A program made the position numbers and the translations under genes. From NCBI GenBank assembly GCA_963733055.1, contig CAVTBR010000001.1, positions 640,001 through 704,000 on the forward strand: 64,000 nt of DNA. Reading direction: 5' to 3'. This stretch comes from Candidatus Bathyarchaeota archaeon (GTDB lineage: Archaea; Thermoproteota; Bathyarchaeia; 40CM-2-53-6). Positions 19,131 through 29,281 of the stretch are shown in pieces; position 1 is the first letter of the stretch, and every line of letters begins with the position of its first letter. Under the pieces are notes generated by a model. It worked only from the letters and a program-made list of their open reading frames with translations, had not been told where the DNA came from and made no database searches.

Positions 19131-19886
19131 TCACTTCTTGCCGACGAATCCGATCACTTCCTTTGTTGTTATGAACACTCTTTCTCTTTCGAAGTGCTCT
19201 TTGACTGATTGCAGAAATGCGTTCTCGAACGCAGGATTGTATACGTAATACGATTTCCAATAGGTTGTAAGTTGTTCGGGGTGAGTGAAGGTGAGTGTAT
19301 TGGTGAAACGAGCAGTTTCGAATATTGAGAATATTCTTTGCATCTCTCTTCCAACCCGCTTCATTTGTCCGATCGTGTTTGTTCTCGGAAGGGGCATGAA
19401 TGTTTTGCAGAACTTTAGGAGTTCACGATTGTTGCCTACGGTGGGGCCGCACACGAAACACCTACCGCTTGGCTGCAATTTCGTAATTATCTCGTCGATA
19501 ACTCGAATAGGGTTGGCAGCATAGTAGATCGAGAAGTTCGACATTATGATGTCAAAAGATAGTTCTTGAAAACAGTTCAGGGAGTTAAAGTCGGATAGAA
19601 CGGCCTGGACATTACTTGCGCGTGTCTTCTCCGATAGGTCGGATAATTCCCGTAGCAAATTGATGGAGATATCAAGACCAACGGCCAACCCATTCTCACT
19701 TAGCTTCCTCGACAGGTTACATAATTGCCGGCCCGCGCCGCAGCCCAGCTCCAACAGCCTTTCCCCTCTTCTGGGTGCAACATTAGAGAATATCCAATCA
19801 GAGATTTCCGCGCTAGACAAACGGGCATGGATAGATTCTCTGATTGCTGCGTCCTGAGATTGTTTATCAAACAATTGATCCGCCAA
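19131..19886 (-). CDS. Class I SAM-dependent methyltransferase
   Basis: LLELGCGAG, GLDIS, FDII. Confidence 0.8.
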   Translation of the reverse strand: MADQLFDKQSQDAAIRESIHARLSSAEISDWIFSNVAPRRGERLLELGCGAGRQLCNLSRKLSENGLAVGLDISINLLRELSDLSEKTRASNVQAVLSDFNSLNCFQELSFDIIMSNFSIYYAANPIRVIDEIITKLQPSGRCFVCGPTVGNNRELLKFCKTFMPLPRTNTIGQMKRVGREMQRIFSIFETARFTNTLTFTHPEQLTTYWKSYYVYNPAFENAFLQSVKEHFERERVFITTKEVIGFVGKK

Positions 19887-19982
19887 GAATCGGACAAAAT
19901 TCAGCTTGGGGAGGCGTTCGATTCTCTTCGCGGGACTCGTCCAGCTCGACGGGGCGAGGTTGCACTATCTGTGATGCCCAGT

Positions 19983-21038
19983 CTATTTCCTTCCTTCGCG
20001 ATATTGTTGTCGCATCTGGTTTATGGTCAATCGCAAACCGTCACGAAAGTCGATCTGAGGGCTGAACAGCAGAGTCTGGCGCACTTTTAGGATGGACGGA
20101 TGGAAGTGCTTAACGTGTGGGCGGTTTCCAATATCAATGTGAATTGACTTTCGATTCGATCCGAGGTATTTCAATGTGAGTCTTGCAAGATAGTTGATTG
20201 CGTAGGATCTTCTTCCAGCTATATTTATGGTATGGCCTAACGCGCCCTTGCGGTCTGAGAGAAGAATTGCTCGAACAGCGTCCTGAACGAATAGGAATGG
20301 TCTTGTCTGTTTTCCGCTTCCGTATATGGTAAGAGGCCTGTTGCGAAGAGCTTTGTGGATGAATATTGATACTACACCCCCGTACCGCGAGCTGTCTTGT
20401 CTCGGTCCAAAAACAGAGTGAAGTCTCAGTATCACGCTCTCGATCCCGTACGTATCTACGTATGCTCCCACGTAGGATTCTGCTGCAAGTTTGCTTGCGC
20501 CGTAGATCGTGTTAGGAGATGTTGGCCCATCTTCTCTATTCAGCCCCACTGAACCGTGTCCGTAGACGGACCCGGTGGAAAGATAGATGAATTTCGAATC
20601 AGTTCGGCGCACAGCTTCGAGGATGTTCAACGCTCCTAGACAATTGACGCTGTTACTCAACAATGGGTCCTCGACGCATTGCAGCAGCCGCACGGTCCAA
20701 GCGCCCACAACTACGTTAGGCCGTGTCGATTTTATAGCCTGAGAAATCTTTCTCCCATCCCGCACGTCAATCCGCAGATATTTTGCGGATGGATTCCTAT
20801 AATTGCCCATAGAAAAATTGTCCACAACCACAACTGAATCTCCCGCGACCACGAGATGATCCACAAGATGCCCCCCGATGAACCCTGCGCCCCCAATTAC
20901 AAGCCAGTATCTCCGCCCGGCAGCTTTGATAGAATAACTCGGGTTCATCCGGTTCGACCGACGGTATCTCGATTTTTCTGGATTTGAACGGGTACGCGTC
21001 CAATATTGATTAAGCTGTTCATCCTGCGCACCTAACAT
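19983..21038 (-). CDS. NAD-dependent nucleotide-sugar epimerase/dehydratase (extended SDR)
   Basis: GGAGFIG, STGSVYG, YGASK (YxxxK), FGPRQ. The real start is probably downstream, near MNPSY. Confidence 0.85.
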   Translation of the reverse strand: MLGAQDEQLNQYWTRTRSNPEKSRYRRSNRMNPSYSIKAAGRRYWLVIGGAGFIGGHLVDHLVVAGDSVVVVDNFSMGNYRNPSAKYLRIDVRDGRKISQAIKSTRPNVVVGAWTVRLLQCVEDPLLSNSVNCLGALNILEAVRRTDSKFIYLSTGSVYGHGSVGLNREDGPTSPNTIYGASKLAAESYVGAYVDTYGIESVILRLHSVFGPRQDSSRYGGVVSIFIHKALRNRPLTIYGSGKQTRPFLFVQDAVRAILLSDRKGALGHTINIAGRRSYAINYLARLTLKYLGSNRKSIHIDIGNRPHVKHFHPSILKVRQTLLFSPQIDFRDGLRLTINQMRQQYREGRK

Positions 21039-21158
21039 CGGCTATTCGCTGTTCGTCGTCCAGAACCGGAGGTCTATCTAACGTGAGGGACAGCAAGTTC
21101 ACGGTCGCCGAAGCGCCAATCTATTCGATCAAAACCACGATACTTCGCCAAGAATAGG

Positions 21159-21183
21159 AGAGCACTATATCTGGGTTAACCGC
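21159..21183 (+). repeat. 25-bp direct repeat, copy 2
   Basis: AGAGCACTATATCTGGGTTAACCGC matches 17608-17632 at 23 of 25 positions. Confidence 0.8.
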
Positions 21184-21220
21184 AAGCCTATGGACGGACG
21201 AAGGTGCAGGAGAGCCACCA

Positions 21221-22394
21221 TTGAAGATTTGCATGGTCAATAGTTATTTTCCTCCATGGAGGGGAGGAGCCGAGACATACGTTCACGAGCTCTCGAAGGC
21301 CCTAGCGGTGCGCGGTCACGACGTCACGGTGCTTTGTACATCAGATCCACTCAAACCTGGAACGTGTAATGTGGATGGGGTTCGTGTAAAGAGGCTGCGA
21401 CGATTAACGAGAATCTACGGAACGCCGATACAAGCGGACCTTATCAAAGAACTGCGTGAATGCGACGCTGACATTTTTCACGCCAACTTTCCTAGCCCAT
21501 ATCTCTCCTTCACCGTGGCTCACGCATCATTCTTCAGGAAGATCCCAGCAGTGGTAACCTGGCATAATGATCTCCCTCCAGTCACTTCCGGAGCCCGCAT
21601 CCTAATCGAGGCACACAATCGAGTAATCCTACCCGAATACATCCGAAAATATCGTAAAGTAATCGCCACATCAGAAACATATCGAAGAAAATCTCCGATC
21701 CTCTCCAGCCTAGCACAGCGCAGTCCAAGTCATCCACAACGGAGTCGACTGTGAAAGGTTCCACCCCGGCGTGGATCCATCTTCAATTGAAGCGAGATTC
21801 GCGTTGAGCGGAAAGTTCGTCGTTTTGTTCGTGGGGGCATTAACGAAGTGGCATGGCTACAAGGGACTTGACGTTCTCTTGCAAGCGATGCGAATATCCG
21901 TCAACTCATCACGGAGGATTTTCCTGCTCGTTGTGGGGGATGGGGATTTGAAACCTAAGTATGAATCCATGACTCGTGACCTTGGCTTGGCAAATCATGT
22001 AATCTTCGCGGGCAACCCATCAGACAGAGAATTACCAGAGTTTTACGTTGCATCGAGTCTACTTGCTCTTCCGAGTAAGGATATGTCGGAAGGGTTCGGG
22101 TTGACACTTCTCGAGGCAAACGCCTCGGGACGACCCTGCATCGCCAGCGATACCGGCGGGATACCTGAAATGATCCGCGAAGGTTACAACGGGCATTTGG
22201 TTCCGCCAAATGACGCGCAAGCGCTTGCGCAAGGAATACTCAGTCTCGCGAAAGACGCTGACGCACGACGAAGAATGGGCGAGAATGGCAGAAAAATCGC
22301 ATTGTCACATGACTGGAAAATCGTCGCGAGTACAACCGAAAACGCTTACCTAACTTCAATCGCCGCAACCGAGACAATTAAGAAACCCGTTTAG
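21221..22394 (+). pseudogene. GT4 glycosyltransferase split by a single-base frameshift near 21720 (pseudogene or sequencing indel)
   Basis: The N-half (PPWRGGAE) and C-half (YKG, EGFGLTLLEA) are in different frames. The second frame reads VQVIHNGVDCERFHPG upstream of the track start at 21771. Confidence 0.8.
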
Positions 22395-22441
22395 ACTGTG
22401 TTTTGTTTCAAGACTCAGGTTATTCGTAAAGAGCGTTTGAC

Positions 22442-24274
22442 ATGTTCTTCTTATCGATTTTTCTCGGGCTGATAACGGGGTGCGCACTCATGCTCTTAGC
22501 TAGGACTACCTCAACCCCCAAAATCATACTCGGAGGGTTCGTGTTGGAACTCTCAATAATTATCCTACTCGCCGAAATCTTTGACTCACTCCATATTCCG
22601 GCCAGCGACTCAACCTACCTTCCCATATTCCTTGTACTCGCAATAGTTACCAGCATTCTTGCCTTGCGAATCAATCCTAAACTTTCGGTGAACGGCAAAG
22701 ACCTCGCAATTATGGTAATTGCGCTTGCAATCGTTCTAGTTTTCTTCCATTTTACGTTTCCCTCTCCTCTGCCCATGTCGGACGCCGTGGATACAGCGGG
22801 ACATTACATGATGGCGGAGAATATTCGAGAAACGGGACAATTAACCGGCCCCGGATCTTGGTATAACGTACTTGCTCCGGGTTTAGGGTATGCGGACTAT
22901 CCTTACGGGTACCATGTGGTGGCTGCACTCTTCAGTCAAAGCATCGGCCTACCTCTAATCTTCGTGCTGCAACCCTTTGCAGAGTTGTTAGTTGCCCTCA
23001 CAATCGCAATAACGATTTTCGTCGCCATTGAGTCTACGGGATGTCGGCGTTGGACCGCAGCGCCTCTCATAGCACTCGCGATCATGTCGACCTACACGTT
23101 CGATCTACTCACGTCGGGTTATTACTCTCAAATGATGGGCATCGTACTCACAGTAGGTTTCGTATGGCTCCTAACGAGCCCCGCGGGAAATGGTGTGAAG
23201 GGTTGGGCCCTGTTGTCTCTAATAGAAGCTTCCTTATGGTTAACATACCCTTACCTAACCCCCATCCCCCTTGCAATCCTCATCATCCAACTACTATACT
23301 CTAGAAGCATGACTATCACCCTAAGATTCCTCGGAATTTTCATCGCCTCTACCATTCTAGCGCTACCTCGTGTGCTGTGGTTCGTTCAAACGGCGCTGGG
23401 TCATTATCTGCCGGTAGCCGGAGCGACCTCTTCCCTACGAGACCTCTTACCATTAGCTACAATTGGTTCGCTCGGATTCGCTCTATTCCTAGTTTCGGCA
23501 CGGAAGAACAAATTGACCCTGAGGGAGCTAGCTGCCCCGTCTCTGTTCATCGCAGCTTTGCTTCAAACTCTCGGGTTATACGTAATAGACGAAATCCAGC
23601 ACTACGCATCCTATTTTCTTTTGAAATCAGGGTATCTTGCCTCATTCTCACTCATTGCCATGTCTGGACAACTCTTCAAGAACCTAAGTCTCCCCTCCTT
23701 GGGCTTCGTTAGAAAAATGACCTTGGGGTTAATCTTGGCTGTCTTGATCACAGGAAACATATTGTTTGGAGTGTTCGTCAATTATCGAGCGGTCGAACGG
23801 ACGCAAGCCCTCTCGCTTACGTTTCCAGTTTACGATGCTGCGATGTGGATCAGGAACAATGTGCCGAGCAACGTAACGGTCTGGACCATAGCTACTTCGC
23901 CCATACCATTCTGGGTCTTTACCATCTCTCATCATATATCCCCACAGAACGGGTTTTGGGGTCAACCACCGCCATCAAAGAGTCAATGGTTGAAGCAAGC
24001 GATCAATGGGTCCATGTTGCTGATTGTTGCCGAACCGGAGATCTCGACCGATTGGTTCACGAACGGAGGCTCAATTGGCCTCGCCAATTTCACGGTGAAG
24101 TTTCACGAAGCCAACGCCTACGTAGTCATCTTCAACCCCGAAGGTGGATATAATCAGGGGAATGCAAGCGCGAGTGTTACCCTGCAGAGCACGTTTCTCA
24201 AGCCGAACCCCTCGCTTTCCATCGCAGTTTCAGATTACTCTCATCGCTTCTCTCGACCACGGTTATCATTGTGA
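22442..24274 (+). CDS. Large polytopic membrane protein, GT-C-like
   Basis: More than 12 TM segments; loop with DTAGH and YPYGYH; C-terminal soluble domain (AAMWIRNN). Confidence 0.6.
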   Translation: MFFLSIFLGLITGCALMLLARTTSTPKIILGGFVLELSIIILLAEIFDSLHIPASDSTYLPIFLVLAIVTSILALRINPKLSVNGKDLAIMVIALAIVLVFFHFTFPSPLPMSDAVDTAGHYMMAENIRETGQLTGPGSWYNVLAPGLGYADYPYGYHVVAALFSQSIGLPLIFVLQPFAELLVALTIAITIFVAIESTGCRRWTAAPLIALAIMSTYTFDLLTSGYYSQMMGIVLTVGFVWLLTSPAGNGVKGWALLSLIEASLWLTYPYLTPIPLAILIIQLLYSRSMTITLRFLGIFIASTILALPRVLWFVQTALGHYLPVAGATSSLRDLLPLATIGSLGFALFLVSARKNKLTLRELAAPSLFIAALLQTLGLYVIDEIQHYASYFLLKSGYLASFSLIAMSGQLFKNLSLPSLGFVRKMTLGLILAVLITGNILFGVFVNYRAVERTQALSLTFPVYDAAMWIRNNVPSNVTVWTIATSPIPFWVFTISHHISPQNGFWGQPPPSKSQWLKQAINGSMLLIVAEPEISTDWFTNGGSIGLANFTVKFHEANAYVVIFNPEGGYNQGNASASVTLQSTFLKPNPSLSIAVSDYSHRFSRPRLSL

Positions 24275-25127
24275 ATAGGATTATCCCGGTGAAGAGTGAG
24301 AGCAGGCCTATGAGGCCGGACGCTATGGAGACTAGTGCTAGGTTAGTTATTACTCGGCCGTAAGTTTGGTAGTAGTTCAAAGTTAGTATGCCGTAGAAGA
24401 CTGAGTTTGCCAACGCAATCAACGCGAACCCCCCGTAGAATAGCAACGGGTGCCTGATGGAAACGAACTTCACGAGACTGAAAAAAACGTCTAACGAATG
24501 CATCAGAGGGTTGTATGTTGATGAGTCTAGGCCGGAGTACGCCGCCGCAATTGGAACTTCAACAATTCGCATTCCCGCCCGATCGGCTTTCATTAGAAGT
24601 TCCGAGTCAGCTCCCATCCCAACTTCAGCAGCCACAAGGCCATCGATCGCCTTCCTAGAGTACGCCCTGAACCCGCTCTGGGTGTCGACGAATCGGTCTC
24701 CGACCTTAACCCGAGTCGCCAAGTCCAACATTCGTGCCCCCGCCCATCGATGGCGTGGCATATCGTTGGGTCTGGCTGTGCGACTCGCTATGACCACATC
24801 AACCTCTCCCATCTCCATCGCGTCTAGAAGCAACGGAATCTTCGACGGGTCATGTTGCCCGTCCGCATCCAAAGTTACGAGAACATCTGCCCCGTTCCGC
24901 TTGGCCCATTCGAAGCAATCCCTTAACCCCGACCCCTTACCAAGATTCTTCTCGTGCCGGACTACCGCGGCTCCTAGACTCTTAGCGATCAGGCCCGTAT
25001 CGTCGCCGCTTCCATCGTCAACCACCAAAACTCTTGTGGCGTACTTTTGGGATCTTACAATTACCTTCGCAATTGTCGCTTCCTCGTTGAAAGCAGGTAT
25101 CCCAACTACGACGTTCAAACGCGCCAC
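24198..25127 (-). CDS. GT2 glycosyltransferase with two C-terminal TM helices (Dol-P-sugar synthase-like)
   Basis: IPAFNEE, VVDDGS, NLGKG, DADGQH, DTQSGFRAY. Confidence 0.9.
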   Translation of the reverse strand: MARLNVVVGIPAFNEEATIAKVIVRSQKYATRVLVVDDGSGDDTGLIAKSLGAAVVRHEKNLGKGSGLRDCFEWAKRNGADVLVTLDADGQHDPSKIPLLLDAMEMGEVDVVIASRTARPNDMPRHRWAGARMLDLATRVKVGDRFVDTQSGFRAYSRKAIDGLVAAEVGMGADSELLMKADRAGMRIVEVPIAAAYSGLDSSTYNPLMHSLDVFFSLVKFVSIRHPLLFYGGFALIALANSVFYGILTLNYYQTYGRVITNLALVSIASGLIGLLSLFTGIILFTMITVVERSDESNLKLRWKARGSA

Positions 25128-25246
25128 CCGGTGGATACCTGCCCATCGCTGCTTAAAATCCCATGACTGACCACAGCCATAACCGGCGAAATCTAGAGGT
25201 TCTAAATTGTTTCAGGCTTACATGAATCGCGCAATTCATGAGAGAA

Positions 25247-26647
25247 TTATCTCAAGAATGTTAGATCTCGCGTTCCGACGATAATTGAGGGTATCACAAA
25301 CAGCGCTAGGATTGGAAGAGCTACCCAATCAAACAGCCGCGTCGACATCCTCGTTCGAAGGGTCGTGACGCCAACCGCGATAAAGTAGAACGCCGGGTAA
25401 TACAGGAACTCAGCGAACCGCTCGTCCAAGTTCCGCAGTCCAACAAACCCACCGATCGGTGGATATGTTGCAAGAAACCCGACCACGAGCCCAACGGAGA
25501 TCAGCCAACTCAACGCAACAACCAACCCCATTCCTCGAGGCTTCTCACGCAGGCTAACCCTAAGCCCGTAGAGGGCGAGGATGGCGAAGGGGGCCTTCCA
25601 CCCGTGCAACAGGAGAAAATACGTCGGACCCCCGTAGATCAAAGCAATATAGGATGAATATTTCAGAATAACAGACCCAACACCGGCGACCAGAGCAACT
25701 GCTAGCGCGAGGTAGGCGAGTCTCTCGTCAACCCGCACGCTCTCCAACCTCCTGAGGCTGCCGAAGTTAGCTACGGCCAAAGAAACCAAAACCACGACGA
25801 ACCCGGCGCACAAGAACAACACGAAGAAGTTACTTCCAAGGGTATTCGATATAATGTTCAACGGGTAGGCACCGAACAATTCCACCCTCCAAATCCTGTA
25901 CAAATCGGGCAGAGCCAGTTTGAGGAAGAGCCCATAGTTTCCAAATGCAAAAACCGTGTACGCGGCGGTCCACCAAGTCGTCTTCTTCAAGATCATTAAC
26001 GATGTGAGTGTTAGCAGGAGAACTACGTAGGAGATTGGGGTATGAAAGATGAGGATAAGGGATGTGACCACGAAGAGGCGTAGAAGAACTTGAACCCCCG
26101 CTCGCTCGAATAGCAACTTCATGTCACGCATCGCCAAGGGGAGCAGGAACAAACCGAACAGGCTCGGCCGCGCGATTGTGGTGGAATAAATCATAACATC
26201 GGACATGGATACGAGAACTACCCCCACCATCGCCACCATGTAGCTCCCTTTCGCGAAGCTCGAATACATTCCAAAAGCGGGCAGCACGTACAGGCAACCT
26301 AACCCAATCGCCAACACAACCAAGGCTGACGCATAGTTCAGTTGAAGGAGTTGGCCGACGGCTGCGGAAGCATAGTAGATACCGGGTCCCTGGGCAAGCG
26401 TCGTCACCGGAATCGTACTATTAGTCTGGTATGTGACAAGTGAGGTTAACCAGAAAGTCTCATCCCCCGCTCGCAAAGGGAAGTAGGGTAGGTAGTATCG
26501 GTCGAACAACTTCAACATGAACTGAGCAACCACGACCAGTACGAGAACTACACCCACGTTTCTCAGCCTGTTTGTGAAGCAGAGGCGAAGGCTGACGATT
26601 GTGAAAACGTAGAACGCGAGCCAGATGAGCGCAGTGGCCAGGGACAT
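25247..26647 (-). CDS. Polytopic membrane protein, possible GT-C or polymerase
   Basis: About 13 TM segments and an early loop with GDE. The ATG at 26647 is preferred to the track start at 26746. Confidence 0.55.
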   Translation of the reverse strand: MSLATALIWLAFYVFTIVSLRLCFTNRLRNVGVVLVLVVVAQFMLKLFDRYYLPYFPLRAGDETFWLTSLVTYQTNSTIPVTTLAQGPGIYYASAAVGQLLQLNYASALVVLAIGLGCLYVLPAFGMYSSFAKGSYMVAMVGVVLVSMSDVMIYSTTIARPSLFGLFLLPLAMRDMKLLFERAGVQVLLRLFVVTSLILIFHTPISYVVLLLTLTSLMILKKTTWWTAAYTVFAFGNYGLFLKLALPDLYRIWRVELFGAYPLNIISNTLGSNFFVLFLCAGFVVVLVSLAVANFGSLRRLESVRVDERLAYLALAVALVAGVGSVILKYSSYIALIYGGPTYFLLLHGWKAPFAILALYGLRVSLREKPRGMGLVVALSWLISVGLVVGFLATYPPIGGFVGLRNLDERFAEFLYYPAFYFIAVGVTTLRTRMSTRLFDWVALPILALFVIPSIIVGTRDLTFLR

Positions 26648-26874
26648 GTAACAGACACGGTATCCAGATTCTATTGTGCAGATACAAGGGTTTGGGATGG
26701 AGTCGTGAAAAATCAGGTAAGGGCGTTGGTGAGATATGCGCTCCAAGGCAATTTAGAACGAAAAGGGCGACCCGTCCTCGAGAAAAGAGCGTGATTAACA
26801 ATGTTGATTAGACCAAGCAGAAACACGCGGAGTTCGCAATGAGGTTGCGGACAACCCCCGGGGTTCTTTGTTGA

Positions 26875-27999
26875 TTGCAATCTAGATCGCAACCGCTCAT
26901 CATTCTATTCATGGTTCTGGGCTTGAAGGCTGCTTTCGCTGTCTTGCTCAACCACATAGCGGGCACAATACCATCGCCCGTCCCTAACCATGGCAGTTTT
27001 TTCGGATTTGACATTCCGCTGAATTGGATGTATCCGTTCGTTGGATGGGATTCAGTATACTATCACGCAATTGCAGCGAATTGGTATCCTCACGAGCTGG
27101 CACCCTTGTGGGCATATTTCCCACTCTACCCAGCAACGATACGAATGCTGGGATTGCTCGGGCTCGATCTATGGATATGCGGCTTCATAATTTCAGTTGG
27201 GGCTGGTTGCATTAGCATTCTGATTTTTCAGAAGATAGCTGAGGTCTACCTCGACAAGAAAACTTCGCTTGTAACGACCGCCCTCTACTTCCTGCTCCCA
27301 CCAGTCTTCATATTCACTACGGTGAGTTACACTGAATCATTATTCCTCTTGCTCTCTCTAGTCGCATGGTGGGCACACATCAAAGGAAAGACGTTCGCCT
27401 CCGTCGTATCAGCAAGTTTTCTAGTTCTTTCGCGCGGATTCGGTATATTGATACTCTTTCCTTTGGCGTATGATCTGATCCGTAGGAGACAGTTCGAGAA
27501 GGTTCCTCTTCTCGGGCTTCCGATAGCTACGTTGTTGTGTTGGTTGGGGTATGCCTATGTAGAGACAGGAAACGCACTGACGCCTTATGTGGTGCAATCG
27601 TACTGGAATACGGAGCGCGTAATTGAGATTCGGCTGGGGATCATTCTATTCATTACTCATGGCGATCTGAAGATCGTTGAACTCATTCGTCCATATGAAC
27701 TTCTACTTGCCGTCGGAGCATTTTTCATCGTCTTGATCACATTCCTAACTTTTCGTACCTGGAAAATTGATAGCTCTCTAGGAGTCTATTCTTCTACGTT
27801 TCTCCTGTTTACGGGAGCGATCGCGGTAACTCTATTGCAGAATTACGTGTCTTTGGCCCGTTATCTATCAATCATTTTTCCGGTGGGTATGGCTTTGCAA
27901 ATTCGAGATAAATCAATTCTTTACTTGGCGCTGTCGTTGTTAATTTGTTCCGACCTAGTCGCTTGGTGGATGTTTATCTTCACGAACTCCTTCCACTAA
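26875..27999 (+). CDS. PIG-V/mannosyltransferase-family GT-C glycosyltransferase
   Basis: GWDSVYY..IA, AYFPLYP, SYTESLFLLL, SR..G, ARYLSIIFP. Confidence 0.8.
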   Translation: MQSRSQPLIILFMVLGLKAAFAVLLNHIAGTIPSPVPNHGSFFGFDIPLNWMYPFVGWDSVYYHAIAANWYPHELAPLWAYFPLYPATIRMLGLLGLDLWICGFIISVGAGCISILIFQKIAEVYLDKKTSLVTTALYFLLPPVFIFTTVSYTESLFLLLSLVAWWAHIKGKTFASVVSASFLVLSRGFGILILFPLAYDLIRRRQFEKVPLLGLPIATLLCWLGYAYVETGNALTPYVVQSYWNTERVIEIRLGIILFITHGDLKIVELIRPYELLLAVGAFFIVLITFLTFRTWKIDSSLGVYSSTFLLFTGAIAVTLLQNYVSLARYLSIIFPVGMALQIRDKSILYLALSLLICSDLVAWWMFIFTNSFH

Positions 28000-28082
28000 T
28001 GCTTATCCAGCTAATTCAAGGAGCATCAGAGCTAGATCGTTCGCGTTCTTCTGGACAACGATCTGTATTGAGTGGGTCGCTG

Positions 28083-29174
28083 TCAGGCAAAAGGGACTAT
28101 GAGTACACTGCCAAAGGTATAGATAATATTGCCAATTATGATTAGAATCGTCAGGATCTGAAGATATCGTCTCCTTTCAGCCTTGGCTGCGATACGCATT
28201 AGGAAGGGAAAGGCGAAGATTACGTAGCGGGGCACGTAAGCGAAGCCAACCGGTGAGAGGAAGCTCACGAATAACAACACGGGGAGTCCCCACGCGAGTT
28301 CAAGATATGCGGAAGCACGATAGGCCGCGTACGCACCCAACCAATAGAGTGGGTAAACAGGGAGGAAGATGATGAGAGCGTAGTAGATGTTCACGGGCAA
28401 CGACGAACCCATTAGAGTCGACAGGTGTGTCACGACGTAGATCACTGAGGCGAATGGGTATGATAGAAAGCCATACCGAATTCCGTAACCCGCTCCTCCT
28501 TGGCCCCATTGGACGACGTTAAGGCGCAAGTAGAAAAACAAGTCATTGTTTTCGAGAAGCCTGAAAATTGAGAACACAACAAAAGGTAGACTAGGTACCA
28601 AGCCCAACGCGGTGAACCGCGGGCGTTTTCGATACATGCAGTAAAGAAAGCTCGGAATCAAAAGAAGCGCCAGATAATGTGTCGCAACAGCCAATGTCCC
28701 AAATAGCAAAGCCCAATCGACACGGTTCTTAGCTAGCAAATAGAAACTCAGCCCGGCAAACAAGAATGCGGGTATATCCGCGTAAACGTACACGACATAC
28801 TTGAAAACGAAATATGGGAATAGGGACGCGACGACCCCAATCCACATACGTCTAGATAACAGGTAAACCACCGACCCGAACCCTAAGTAACTGACCATGT
28901 TGACGAGAATCGCTGCTTGGACGGGTGGAAGAATCAGTGTTGCGAATGCGATTAGTAACGAGTAGAATGGCATGTGATAGGTGAAAATTGGAATTGATGA
29001 AAAATTACCGGGACGCAACAGATATTCTGACGCATCCCCAACGTTGGCAGCTATGCCAGCCCACCGTGCCGTTCCAAACTGCAATTGAATTGCAGCGAGC
29101 AAGGCTAACTGGGCGAATAGAAGGAGCCCAGGAAAGATTGCCCATTTTATTCGTTCTCTCTTGAATACATCCAT
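28083..29174 (-). CDS. Polytopic membrane protein, GT-C-like
   Basis: GDASEY, MPFYS, YADIP, PRYVIF and about 11 TM segments. The ATG at 29174 is preferred to 29294. Confidence 0.6.
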   Translation of the reverse strand: MDVFKRERIKWAIFPGLLLFAQLALLAAIQLQFGTARWAGIAANVGDASEYLLRPGNFSSIPIFTYHMPFYSLLIAFATLILPPVQAAILVNMVSYLGFGSVVYLLSRRMWIGVVASLFPYFVFKYVVYVYADIPAFLFAGLSFYLLAKNRVDWALLFGTLAVATHYLALLLIPSFLYCMYRKRPRFTALGLVPSLPFVVFSIFRLLENNDLFFYLRLNVVQWGQGGAGYGIRYGFLSYPFASVIYVVTHLSTLMGSSLPVNIYYALIIFLPVYPLYWLGAYAAYRASAYLELAWGLPVLLFVSFLSPVGFAYVPRYVIFAFPFLMRIAAKAERRRYLQILTILIIIGNIIYTFGSVLIVPFA

Positions 29175-29281
29175 CAGTTTTCCATGCTCTATATGGTCCC
29201 TTAACCCGAAACAATAATCATGTTTTTCTCGCCAGATGTCCTGTCTGTGGGCACACATGACGAATGGAGTGAAGTGAAAAG

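Noticed and set aside
24457-25170. 237-aa plus-strand ORF, and similar long overlapping ORFs elsewhere
   Set aside because: Antisense to a clear GT2 gene, with no recognisable motifs.
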